Of a DNA stretch of 64,000 nt, positions 27,554 to 40,631 are shown piece by piece. A program made the translations under genes and the position numbers. The notes beneath the pieces are model-generated. The model made no database searches and had not been told where the DNA came from. It worked only from the letters and a program-made list of their open reading frames with translations. Source of the DNA: Octopus vulgaris (Eukaryota); the NCBI GenBank assembly GCA_951406725.2, contig OX597814.1, positions 184,698,001 through 184,762,000 on the forward strand, read 5' to 3'. The stretch's first letter is position 1. Each line of letters starts with the position of its first letter.

Positions 27554-27598
27554 GGACCACTGATGCGGTCACAGGAGTGTGACGAAAGAACTTTGGCC
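27554..27598 (+). ncRNA. Atypical hammerhead-like motif in the pLTR (mirror copy at ~26396-26440, -)
   Basis: GGACCA-CTGATGCG-GTCACA ggag TGTGAC-GAAA-GAAC-TT-TGGCC. The core is non-canonical at A9 and stem III is minimal. Confidence 0.5.
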
Positions 27599-27774
27599 GA
27601 AATAAGATTAAGATTAATGTAAAAAATAAATATCACTGAAGCAAAATAACACCAAATATATAATGCGTGTGTTTTTATTGGCTAAACTGGCAATATGACC
27701 ATTCCGAAATATAACAATATCTGTTTCAACACACGACTTCACATAAAAAATCTTGCACAACAAATATTTAAACG

Positions 27775-27833
<59 letters not shown>

Positions 27834-27861
27834 GCTATCTATCTATCTATATATCTATAGA

Positions 27862-28112
27862 ATGGATTTGGTAGACGGAAACTGAAAGAAGCCCGTCGTA
27901 TATATGTATATATATATATGCGTGTGTGTGTTTGTGTGTCAGTGTTTGTCCCCCCCAGGGTGTGTTTATGTCCCCGTTACTTAGCGGTTCGGCAAAAGAG
28001 ACCGATAGAATAAGTACTGGGCTTACAAAAAAATAAGTCCCGGAGTCGAGTTGCTCGATTAAAGGCGGTGCTCCAGCATAGCCGCAGTCAAATGACTGAA
28101 ACAAGTAAAAGA
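27862..28112 (+). mobile_element. SINE family A, 3' part
   Basis: Homologous to the reverse complement of 16945-17270. Confidence 0.8.
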
Positions 28113-28162
28113 GAAAGAGAGAAAAAATATATATATATGTTGCTATCTATCTATCTATCTAC

Positions 28163-28226
<64 letters not shown>

Positions 28227-28227
28227 G

Positions 28228-28316
<89 letters not shown>

Positions 28317-29044
28317 GCACGTACATGTACGCACACACATACATGGACACATGCATACGAGCGCGTATACATACATACGCACATGCGTACGTATGTACAT
28401 ACATACATACATACATACATACATACATACATACATACATACATACATACATACATACATACATACATACATACGCACATACATACATACGCACAATAGT
28501 AAAACATTAGTTCTGTGATATAGAGAAAAAATCTGATAATAGATTTTAGGGTATAGTTTTTGTGAGCAAGCGTCATAAATTCACTTTCTAGCCTCGGCCG
28601 TAGGGAGTTGAAATTTGATAGCGTTGTGATGAGTGGTCACTCTACATCCATCCATCGCTACAGGTTTATAGCTTTATGTTTTATAGAGTGTATGTGCGTG
28701 CTTATACACACACATACATACATACATACATACATACATACATACATACATACATACATACATACATACATACATACATACATACATACATGCATACACA
28801 GGCGTATGTGCGTACATGCATACGTACATACATACACACATGTATGCATACATACACACATACATACGTACATATATATGACGAACTAACTGTTACTTTC
28901 TTAGATGCAGCACGGACTTTGTCAGTGAACAGGTCGCGGATTTTAGCGACGAAAATATTTTGACAAATTAAACTTAAATGTTGAAGTGAATCGAACGGCT
29001 TTTGTGTGTTTCTTAAATGGCTTATAAACACCTTCCACGCTGCA

Positions 29045-29092
<48 letters not shown>

Positions 29093-29097
<5 letters not shown>

Positions 29098-29333
29098 ATC
29101 TTTTCCTTTTGATGAACGGAATTTTCTAGTTAACTAAACAGTTTGAAACTTCGTATACTGGTTGAATGTGTCAAAAGAAAACATTATTTTCACTTGGCTT
29201 TTTTGAGAAAATTGTAATTTGTAAGTTTAACGTAGTTTAATTCTTCGAATTTTGACCAATGAAATGCCAGCATTTGAGCTGAAATCATTTGCTGCGTTAT
29301 CGATATTGATAAACAAACGAGAGACGCAGGCCG

Positions 29334-29374
<41 letters not shown>

Positions 29375-30258
29375 TCAGATACATACACACACATACGCAC
29401 ACAAGCATACATGCACGTTCGTGAGTTCGCACTGGTGTCGATAGAATCGACTTCATACTTTTGTATCTCATGCTTTGTCCCCTCTGTGTTTTGCCCCTTG
29501 CCGGAACAAATTTACACAAAAGGTAAATAAATGTTTCATCGTTTCGGGGTCGATAAATTAAGTACCAATTACGCACTGGTGTCGAGGATTTTTTTTCCAA
29601 TTTATATCACAGCCTCCGACAAGCTGGGGCATCCTTTTATGAATAAATATTTCGCAAATTTTTACAATACAACCCACACTCCGAGCGTACCCTCATATCC
29701 CACTCTAGACCGATTTAGGCATATTATTGTTTTGTTTTTGTTGTTTTTGGCCCTTCAAAACCATGGGAGAAGCCTTTTTGTTAAAAAAAAATAAAGAAAA
29801 TATTCAAAAAATATCGTTAATATTTTTATTGGTTTATTTACCTTTTGTGTAAATTTGTTCCGGCAAGGGGCAAAACACAGAGGGGACAAAGCATGAGATA
29901 CAAAAGTATTAGGTCGATTCTATCGACCCCAGTGCGAACTCACGAACGTGTATGTATGCTTGTGTGCGTATGTGTGTGTATGTATCTGAATATATGTGTG
30001 TGTGTGTGTGTGTATGCGGCCTGCGTCTCTCGTTTGTTTATCAATATCGATAACGCAGTAAATGATTTCAGCTCAAATGCTGGCATTTCATTGGTTAAAA
30101 TTCGAAGAATTAAACTACGTTAAACTTACAAATTACAAGTTTTTCAAAAAAGCCAAGTGAAAATAATGTTTTCTTTTGACACATTCTACCAGTATACGAA
30201 GTTTCATATTGTTTAGTTAACTAGAAAATTCCGTCCATCAAAAGGAAAAAATCCATAT
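29093..30258. mobile_element. Non-autonomous DNA transposon / foldback MITE with ~435-bp TIRs
   Basis: 29093-29531 is the reverse complement of 29833-30258. Ends are symmetric and lie in TA, with a ~300-bp spacer and no ORF. Confidence 0.8.
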
Positions 30259-30935
30259 ATATGCATGCATGTATGTATGTAAATGTGTATGTATGTGTGT
30301 GTATGTATATTTGTGCACACCCACATAATATATAATAATGTGCGCAATACTATATATTAATATATTTTTATCCAGTAAACAACTTATATCCAATGCTCCG
30401 CGACACTTTAAAACAACAATCCTTAAACACAAGCAGAATGTAAACAATGCAAATGAATAAACAAAAAAAAATAACTAGTTCATGTTTTCCTGTTTCCCAT
30501 ACATCTATATATAGTAAAGAATCAATAACACACAACAAATGGAACTCTTCAAATTGAAGGAAAGAAAAATATGACACTGTTAAATGCAGTCCTCATTGTT
30601 TCATCCATCAAGTTTATATATTTACAAAATCAATCACATTTCAAAATAGAATAGTATTTATCTCATTGCTTGTGTTAGCTGGGGGGGGGGGGAGGGTAAA
30701 AACGAACAACAAAAAAACTGATGGGATATCGCAATAAATGAATGAAGCATGACGTTTTGAGTTATTGCTTCATCGAACTTGATGCAGGCAGCGAGAGGAT
30801 AGTTTGCCAACTTCGTAGCTTTGTTAAACATTTTGTTAGCCTTGTATTGTTAAATGTTGCTGACATTATTAAGCCTTCATATAATATAGATTTTTTTTAT
30901 ATAATCTCTCGTATTGTCTCTCTTTCTTTCAATCT

Positions 30936-30985
<50 letters not shown>

Positions 30986-31120
30986 GCACTTTTTCCTTCT
31001 CTCTCTATCATTGTTGCAGTGGCTGTTATTGAGAATAATGATATCACTGCTAAACTCCATATCATTGCTAGATTATATACCTTGTTATACTTTATGTAAT
31101 TGCTGTATTTCGGAACATAA

Positions 31121-31718
31121 GGCGGTGAGCTGGCAGAAACGTTAGCACGCTGGGCGAAATGCTTAGCGGTATTTCGTCTGTGTTACGTTGTGAGTTCGAA
31201 TTCCGCCGAGGTCGACTTTGCCTTTCATCCTTTCGGGGTCGATAAATCAAGTACCAGTTACGCACTGGGGTCGATGTAATCGACTTAATACCTATGTCTG
31301 TCCTTGTTTGTCCCCTCTGTGTTTAGCCCCTTGTGGGTAATAAAGAAATAAGTATTTTATCTGCCGCTACGTTCTGAGTTCAAATTCCGCCAAGGTCGAC
31401 TTTGCCTTTCATCCTTTCGGGGTCGATTAAATAATTACCAGTTACGCACTGGGGTCGATATAATCGACTTAATCCGTTTCTGTGTCCTTGTTTGTCCCTC
31501 TTGTGTTTAGCTCCTTGTGGGTAGTAAAGAAATAGGTATTTCGTCTGCCGCTACGTTCTGAGTTCAAATTCCGCCAAGGTCGACTTTGCCTTTCATCCTT
31601 TCGGGGTCGATTAAATAAGTACCAGCTACGCACTGGGGTCGATATAATCGACTTAATCTGTTTGTGTGTCCTTGTTTGTTCTCTCTGTGTTTAGTCCCTT
31701 GTGGGTAGTAAAGAAATA
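31121..31718 (+). mobile_element. Family-B SINE trimer (Tx1-type tail): one full copy plus two 184-bp head-less copies
   Basis: Junctions GAAATA|RGTATTT lie after 31350 and 31534. A flanking duplication GTATTTCGGAA occurs at 31105-31115 and 31720-31730. Confidence 0.88.
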
Positions 31719-31987
31719 GGTATTTCGGAAAATTATTACATCTCATTTCGCGCTAACCTTCTTTGCTTTCTTAGATTTCATAACATAGACTTGTTTGTCA
31801 CCGCATTTATTCGAAGAGTGCATTGTTTTATTGTTTCAATTGTTCTATAGCCCCAAATCAATTCTGAATGAATGAACAAACTTATGACACATAGGTTGTC
31901 AGTCAAACAAACATTTACTAGTCTCAGACCACAATCTCCGGATATACCACCCTGCTGCACATTCTGACATGCAGTATGACAGCCGAA

Positions 31988-32219
31988 GGCGGCGAGCTGG
32001 CAGGAACGTTAGCACGCCGGGCGAAATGCTTAGCCGTATTTCGTCTGCCGTTACGTTCTGAGTTCAAATTCCGCCGAGGTCGACTTCGCCTTTCATCCTT
32101 TCGGGGTCGATTAAATAAGTAGCAGTTACGCACTGGGGTCGATGTAATCTACTTAATCCGTGTGTCTGTCCTTGTTTGTCCCCTCTGTGTTTAGCCTCTT
32201 GTGGGTAGTAAAGAATAAT
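31988..32219 (+). mobile_element. Young family-B SINE (Tx1-type tail) with 19-bp TSD
   Basis: TSD ATGCAGTATGACAGCCGAA at 31969-31987 and 32220-32238. Confidence 0.9.
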
Positions 32220-32374
32220 ATGCAGTATGACAGCCGAACATCTGTGTTTATTGATGCAACTACTATTGCTATGCACATGCTGGTCTTTGTTCGTCTGGAT
32301 GAAGTGGAAGCGCTTTTAGGATGTCATAGTAGTATTGTCCTGTGTGTTTCTTTTCTTTTATTTATGCGCTCTTT

Positions 32375-32667
32375 TCAAGCCTAGCCAGGCTCATGGGCCC
32401 GGTTTCCCGGTTTCTATGGCGTATGTGTTCCCTCCAGCTGGACTGGACGTCAGTCCATCGCAGCGTTACTCAAGAAACAGGAAGAAAGATTGAGTGAAAG
32501 TTGAGGCGAAAGAGTACAACAGAGGTTGCCACCACCTTCTGCCGGAGTCTCGTGGAGCTTTAGGTGTTTTCGCTCAATAAACACACACAACGCCCGGTCT
32601 GGGAATCGAAACCGCTATCATCCGACCGCGAGTCCGCTGCCCTAACCACTGGGCCATTGCGCCTACA
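32375..32667 (-). mobile_element. SINE family C
   Basis: GTAGGCGCAATGGCCCAGTGGTTAGGGCAGCGGACTCGCGG..GGTTTCGATTCCC head. Confidence 0.85.
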
Positions 32668-33299
32668 TGTGTGTTTCTTTTAGCTGGGATAATTCTGCGT
32701 GCAGTGTAAGGAGCTGCGAATGCTTTTTAAGACTGCTACTGCCATAAACTGCACTCTTTGCATGTTCGTATGATCTTTTTCTTTTACGTATTTTCACTTC
32801 GTTGTATAGCTCTTTTGTGTTTTATGGCCTGCGAGTCACAGATGATGAGATTAAGCGCATTCACTACTGGCCATATTTTTATTCATTTATTCATTCCCAG
32901 TCTTCTGCAAGGGCTGTCATAATCTTTCATAGATATAATCTTTACTGGATTCAGCCATTCGTTTCACTGTTGTTGATTCTTTATGTGGACCAAATGTGCT
33001 ATCTGTAAGTGCTCTAACTGTGCGTGTGTTGGTTTTCACTTTTTTCTGATATCTTCTGTGAATACTTTGAATGTCTAGAAAGTGTTGTATGTAGCTCCTA
33101 CTTACTATCTTTTTCTTCAGTGCGCATGTGATAAGCTTATTTTGCTAATTACGTTTACTTGGTTGTTGAATTCGATTTTTCTCTTGTGTTACTTTTTAGA
33201 AGACGGATTTGGTAGGTGCTGCATTAAGACCTTATTTACTTTTTTATTTAGTCAGGTTTCTGGATGATAAATCAACATGTGCGGAAAGTGTGCCACTGT

Positions 33300-33700
33300 G
33301 TTTGGAGAATTAATGCTATTGCTTTGGAAACTGATTTCTTATTGATAAGTTGAAAGAAACCGTGCCACTGTGTTTGAAGAATGGTAGGAATATGTGACAG
33401 TGATCGCATTATCATATTAGGATGAATGATTTCATGATATGTGCAAAAAATCGTAAAGATATAATTTTAATAGTGTAGGTGAGAGAAGAGATCTTTGTAG
33501 CGTTCCATTAGGAGAAAGCAAATTCTTGATATCTTTTCTGTAGCAAATAAGCATGGTTAGCTGAAAAATAGGTTGATATCCTCGTTTTTTGTTGCTTTTT
33601 AAATAGGTGTTGAGTTGTATCGTGTATATATAAGTTATATATAAGTCGAATACTCTATTCGTATCGATTATATTTAAAAACAGAGCGTGCAAGAGAAATT
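33300..33700 (-). pseudogene. Highly decayed non-LTR reverse transcriptase fragment
   Basis: ALFLNII..RVFD and NGTLQRSLLSPTLLKLYLYD resemble the RT motifs FLD...AFD and G.PQGS.LSP.LF..Y..D. Confidence 0.55.
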
Positions 33701-35761
33701 TTACATTGCAATCGTTATGAATTTATATTTAAAGTTTGTCACTTTTGTGTTGGTTGATAGTAGGCTAGAAAGGAGAATGTATAGGGATGTGAAATAATGC
33801 TTAAGATATTAAACAAAATTTGAGGTAGACATGGGAGTGTTATTTGGGGGAGGAGCAACTGCTTGTGCAGTGGATTTTTATTTTGTGGGGATTTAAAATG
33901 ACTATGATTAAGCTAAGGTTACAAATTTTGTGAGTTTCATTATTTAGTTTATTGTTGCTTTCAAAAGGCATCTGAGTAACAGCGACATCTGATGTTATAT
34001 CATAGTAATCTTCTGATCGCCAATATCAATGAATTGTTTAGATTCTACTTGTCAGTAACACCCAACTAGTCGACCAGCTTTTTTTTCTTTCGGAAATCAA
34101 CCTACTGAACTTTATACCTTATAATATGATTTGGTGTACAAATATATTTAATCTAAGATTCTTGAACACAAAAGCCGTGTTTCGTTATATGTTTCATAAT
34201 GTCCAGTTTTCTCATATCCAAGTGACATTTGTTACACATGAGAAAGAAAATTTTATTTCACAGGGTATTTCATACGACCTTAATATGACGATGAGAAAAT
34301 GTCATCCTATACTTCTCTGCAAATGGATTCTGCGCCAGTCACTAACATCTGCTATACTTCAATTTTTAGTTATTTATCTTTCTGGGGTTTTTTTTTATTG
34401 TTATAGATGCTATTGCTGTTCTAGTACTGGTGACAGTTATTTTATAGTTGTATTTGTTACCGCATTTGTATTGCCAACTGTTATTGTAATGTTTACTCGA
34501 ACTATTATTGTTGGCTTACTTGGAGCAGCTCTGCTTGAAAATGTCTTCTGACGTGGAAATAGTTGTTGAATGAAACAATCACTCTCTGTTTTAGTCAAGC
34601 ACGTTCCTTAATCATCATGGAACACAATAACACAAAGATTATTTGTGTTGCGCATAATGTTATAAAAATTAAATATAATGACTTGTGCTCTTTTAAAAAT
34701 CGTTGGGAATTAGTTGAAATAGATTTAACAACCGTATCAGCCAGAGTTACGACATTAACGCTCCTTTATCGAATTGATGAAAACAATGTCTATCGATTAA
34801 GAATACCGAAGTTCTTTGTGAACTAAATCCGTCTCTCAATTTGGATTGTTTAAGATTTGAACAATCAGAACTTAGCTTTTGAATTATATTTATTGTTTGT
34901 AAAGATATGATCATCAATACTTCTGCTTTCTTCTCTTTCATAAATGTCTGGCTTTGTACCAATATAAAAGTATTACTATTTCAATGGAACAAATAGTCTG
35001 CTGGAACTAACAGAGAGAGTTGGAAGTTGACCATATTTAGGTGAATGGAATATATAATGAATCGATAGTAGATCGGGAAACCAGTCTCTTGTTTCATTCC
35101 GCTGTCCTTCTTAGCTTATCTGTAAGCTGTTCAGTGGTTCTCATTTACAGGCAGGTACCAAGCAGGAATTATGGAACCAACAAGAGAACTTCTAAGCAAT
35201 TACTCGGCCTGCCAGAAGAAGCGATCAAATTGTACTAAATCGTACACACCAAACGAAGGGCACATTGTAACTTTAATAAAATGGCAGCAAAAAAGTCCTT
35301 GATCATAGATATATTTCTCAAACCTAACACTAAAGAGCAACAATAAATAAAACATCTGTAGATAAATAAAACGACATAGAGCGGTTTCCAGGTGAAAATA
35401 TGATAGGACTATGAACTGAAGAATATTTTGTTAAATCGAAATCTGGGTTAAAATATTTCATTGAAAGACATTTGGCATCAACCGGACATGTTTATTCTAT
35501 GTAGACGAATCCTTCAAATACTGCCATAACGAGACGCTATTCGTTTGTAGTAGTTTGTTATTCTTTCTCGTATTTCTACCAGAGGGTTGCCTTCAAAGTT
35601 TTACTTAAGAACAATCATAGTACGATGACTGTACCCGCAGTCGATGTTTTCCCCATGGTCATTAGCACAGCAATACTAAAAGGACACGAACATTTAACCT
35701 CTTGTTTAGCGGTCGTGTTCTTCGTTACACAAGTATTTGGCACTATTTTTATAACCACTAA

Positions 35762-36165
35762 AGCGGTAAGCTGGCAGAATCATTAGCACGCCGGGAAAAA
35801 TGCTTAACAGTATTTCGTTTGCTGTTACGTTCTGAATTCAAAAATCCGCCGAGGTCGACTTTGCCTTTCATCCTTTCGGGGTCGATAAATTAAGTACCAC
35901 CTACGCACTGGAATCGATATAATCGACTTAATCCGTTTGTCTGTCTTGTTTGTCCCCTTTGTGTTTAGCCTCATGTGGGTAGTAAAGAAATAGGTATTTC
36001 GTCTGTCTTTACGTTCTGAGTTCAAATTCCGCCGAGGTCGACTTTGCATTTCATCCTTTCGGGGTCGATAAATTGAGTACCAGTGAAACACTGGTGTCGA
36101 TGTAAACGACTAGTCTCCCCTCCCACCAAATTTCAGGCCTTGTGCCTATAGTAGCATGGATTATT
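35762..36165 (+). mobile_element. Family-B SINE dimer: Tx1-tailed copy joined to a head-less copy carrying a different tail
   Basis: Junction GAAATA|GGTATTTCG after 35992. The second unit ends CCAAATTTCAGGCCTTGTGCCTATAGTAG. Confidence 0.85.
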
Positions 36166-36454
36166 TTTACTACCACTACTTTGCTAGCTAATCTTAAACA
36201 CAACGTGTTGGTTGCTTCTTGTAAGGTAAAAGGCTGAAAGAAATAGAGCGAACAGCATGGCAATATACTCCTCCTCGAGTGCACAAAATATACTGCAAAG
36301 TAGGAAATCGAATATATCCAACGCTCTTTCTATAAGAGAAAAAAATTAAATATTCATATTGGCAATAAGATTGGTTGGATATTCGGAAGAAAAGAAGCTG
36401 CTGGAAGTTTAGCCTGAAAGTAACAAAGTAATATCACTAACATGAAGCATGCTC

Positions 36455-36524
<70 letters not shown>

Positions 36525-36680
36525 ACACACAAACAACTCTCACTAGTCCATTCATTATTTTATTTTTGCCTCTCATAAAGACTTCGATACATTAATGCAT
36601 ACATAAACATACAGGCAGGCAGTCACACATCACACTCCGACACACACACTTGCATATATATACATATATATATATATGTA

Positions 36681-36714
<34 letters not shown>

Positions 36715-36973
36715 AATGTATATATGTATGTATGTATGTATGTATATGTATGTATGTATGTATGTATATATGTATGTATATATGTATGTATGTATATAGG
36801 TATGTATGTATATGTTTGTATATGTATGTATATGTATGTATGTATATATGTATGTATATATGTATGTATGTATATGTATGTATGTATGTATGTATATGTA
36901 TGTATGTATATATGTGTATGTATGTATATATGTGTGTGTGTGTTTGCTCATTTTTTATGTGTATGTGCACTCA

Positions 36974-37006
<33 letters not shown>

Positions 37007-37350
37007 GGAGTTGTGATGTGCTTCAAGAGACGATACAGTCTTTTCCCTTCATTTTTCCATTAACATCCTTTCAACTTTTTTTTCCCTTCTAAAAATCACC
37101 GACACTGGAGCAATCTAGAAGACACGCAAGAGATATTAAACGTTAGAAATCTTATACTTCGGCTAATCTTTTATCACTTCAATGATTTAAGGTATATAAG
37201 TGTTTGTGTGGATGAAAATATATAGTATGTGCGTGTATGTGTGTGTATCTGTATATATGTGTGTGTGCACGTATATATGTGTATGTGTGTGTGTTTATAT
37301 TTATGTATAAAATATATGTAGAAGCAAACAGATAAGAGGGCGAGAGAAAC

Positions 37351-37413
<63 letters not shown>

Positions 37414-37582
37414 TACATATATTACATTCATATATACATACATATATACGTACATATATACATACATATGTAAACTGTGTCTACAAACTTGTGTGGTAAA
37501 GGGGTAAAATAAAAGCGCAAAAACAAATTAAATAACAAATACACATATCATACACAGATATAAACACGTATGTGACTGAATG

Positions 37583-37883
37583 TTTGTTCCTTCTCGAGCT
37601 ACGCTTGGCTCATAAGGGCCGGTTTCCCCGTTTCCTTGGCGTATAGGTTCCCCACGTGGACGGGCCGCCGGTCCGTCGCAGGTGAGCTGCAAGATGCAGG
37701 AGGAAAGAGTGTGAGAAAGTTGTGGCGAAAGAGTCAACAGAAGTTCGCCATTAACTTCTACCGGAGCCTCATGGAGCTTAGGTGTTTCGCTCATAAACAC
37801 ACACATCGTCCGGTCTGAGATTCAAAACGCGATCCCTCGACTGCGAGTTTGCTGCTCTAACCACTAGGCCATGTGCCTCCACC
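37583..37883 (-). mobile_element. SINE family C
   Basis: Homologous to 11490-11763. Confidence 0.85.
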
Positions 37884-37884
37884 A

Positions 37885-37916
<32 letters not shown>

Positions 37917-38457
37917 GAGATAGATATTCGCATGTGTATTTACTAATTGACATTGTTGCACATTTTGAATTTCATTTCGTTCTTTCCCTCGCATGGATAT
38001 ACACATTGACGTATTTAATTTAAACAAGTATATATATACATGTAGGAACGTGTTTATGTATTATACACGCCTGCACAGTTATATATACATACACAAACAC
38101 GCACACACACACATATATACATACATATGCACATCGCTTTTTTTTTCATTTCCACTTTCTTCTCTTCACCATTTTCTCTCAAAAGTGTGCACGTGCGAGC
38201 GTCTGTATGTTAATGAGTTGTGTGTGCATCTACCTCTTTCTACAGTGTTAGTCGCTAGCTGGGCATGTGTGTGAATATGTATATTTGTATAGTTTTAGAA
38301 GAATGTTTTGAAATGAAGCTCTTTCATGCTGGCTTCCCTTTATTATTGATCTCAAGACATTTAAATTCTGCCATTAAAATTCATCTAAAAGAAGTAATAA
38401 CATCAAAATGATTAAACATATTTTTAATAACACGACTACACATAGTGTAGTATATTC

Positions 38458-38548
<91 letters not shown>

Positions 38549-39256
38549 GTTTGTCTGTCTGTTTGTCTGTCTATCTGTCTGTTTGTCTGTCTATCTGTCT
38601 GTTTGTCTGTCTGTCTATATGTCTGTCTGTCTGTCTATCTGTCTGTCTGTGTAGGCGAAGGAGTGGCTGTGTGGTAAGTAGCTCGCTTACTTCCGGTTAC
38701 CCAGAGTTCATTTGGATTATTGTTTGTGTCGGACGTTGGTTTTTGTTGCTCGGTTAAGAGACAATTTACTCAGACCTTAGCGTGTCTTAGTTATCTTCAG
38801 TAGAGGGAGGAACTCGTGAGAGCGGTCATAAAATGTGCGCGGCATATCAAGATAAGCAGCGTATGACCTTGCAGGTGGGGCCCAGTTTAAATTTTTTTCT
38901 GGTCGAGTAGCCCATCCCGCTCAAAAGGTCCTTGAATAAAGATTATTTAAGGATGTTGAATGAAATACTCATGTTTCGAGTGGTGAATTATTCAAACCCC
39001 AAAGAATCCCTCTCAAGACATGGCTTTGATGCTTCCCCACTACTTCTGCTCCTGATCAGAGATGCACATATCGTCAGCCACTAAGGGACATGGTCAACTG
39101 GTTAAGGTCAAACAATTGACAAGCTAATCCGTGGTATTGAGCAGAATATTTGCTGTAGCCTATTATTTTATACCAAGACAAAACAATGTAAATGATAACA
39201 CTTCCAATTAGTTAAGATCAGAAAGCATGAGAACCACTCTTTGGTACTGCAGTTAC

Positions 39257-39325
<69 letters not shown>

Positions 39326-39326
39326 T

Positions 39327-39539
39327 AAGGCGATGTGCTGGCAGATTCGTTAGCACGCTGGAGGAAAAGCTTAGCTGTATTTCGTCCATCGCTACGTTCT
39401 AAGTTCAAACTCTGCCGAGGTCGACTTTGCCTTTCATCATTCATGATCGATAAATTTAATACTAGGGAAACACTGGCGTCGTTGTAATCGACCAGTCCCC
39501 TCACTCCAAATTCCAATCTTTGCGCCTTTAGTAGAATGG

Positions 39540-39545
<6 letters not shown>
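39327..39545 (+). mobile_element. SINE family B with (ATT)n tail, embedded in (ATT)n
   Basis: Family-B head and body, flanked by (ATT)n at 39255-39325 and 39540-39620. Confidence 0.8.
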
Positions 39546-39620
<75 letters not shown>

Positions 39621-40127
39621 GTTGTTGTTGTTGCTACTGCTGCTGTTGATGTTGTTGTTATCATTATTTTAGTGGTGAGCTGTCAGAATCCTTAGCAGTA
39701 TTTCTTCCGTCCGCATTGAAATTTTGCTAAGGTCGATTTTCCTATCATTTTTTTCAGGGGTCAATAAATGGAGTACTAGTTGAGCACCGGGGTCAAAGTA
39801 ATATTGTCTAAAGTACGTGCGCATTTTAATCATGAAGTAAACGTAGTAATTACTTCAGTTAAATAAATTCGAAATGATCTGCCTTCAGTAAGATGTCAAT
39901 GTAATGAGTACACATGACCTGCGCAGTAGTTGCACAAGTTTTTTAATGTGATTGCAGCGTGAAGGACACAGGTTAGCCATTCAGAAACTCAGCAAGACTG
40001 TCAACTTAGCTAAAAAATTTAATAATAATATGGTGTCAAATTTGCATCCCTTGAAATTGCGACCTGTTCACTGGCAAAAATATTCTGCTGCATCATTTTT
40101 TTTATGTATAATATAATGGGGTTTTTT

Positions 40128-40485
40128 TCTATTCTAGGCACAAGGCCTGAAATTTTGGGGGAGGGGGCCAGTCGATTAGATCGATCACAGTACGCAACTG
40201 GTACTTAATTTATTTATCCAGAAAGGGTGAAAGGCAAAGTCGACCTCGGCGGAATTTGAGCTCAGAAAGTAAAGACAGACGAAATATCACTGGCAGAATC
40301 GGGTGTAATGCTTTGCGGTATTTCGTACGTCTTCACTTTCTGAGTTCAAATTCTGCCGAGGTCGATTTTGTTTTTCCTCTTTTCGGGGTGGATACTGTAA
40401 GTACCAGCTGATGAATACTGGAGTGCGTGTAATTGACTCGCCCTCTTACCCGAAATTGCTTGACATGAGCCAAAATTTGAAATCA
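40128..40485. mobile_element. Two family-B SINE copies, back to back (- then +)
   Basis: GGTACTTAATTTAT..AAAGGCAAAGTCGACCTCGGCGG on the - strand, then CTGGCAGAATC..GAGGTCGA on the + strand. Confidence 0.7.
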
Positions 40486-40531
40486 ATGGATTCACAGCAT
40501 ATAAAATAATGTTGCCAATTAACGGAATAAA

Positions 40532-40581
<50 letters not shown>

Positions 40582-40631
40582 ACACACACACACATACACA
40601 CATACACACATATATATATATATATATATAT

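Larger units (their letters stand above)
26274..27777. mobile_element. Penelope-like element: GIY-YIG end plus pLTR on -, head-to-head with a second pLTR on + (490-bp inverted repeat, 57-nt tail)
   Basis: Arms 26274-26766 and 27232-27720 are nearly identical and flank a GIY-YIG fragment. TA repeats lie on both sides. Confidence 0.88.

Noticed and set aside
34126-35238. ORFs of 65-141 aa in non-repetitive AT-rich DNA as host exons
   Set aside because: No recognisable motifs or consistent splice structure. Small host exons cannot be excluded without RNA-seq.
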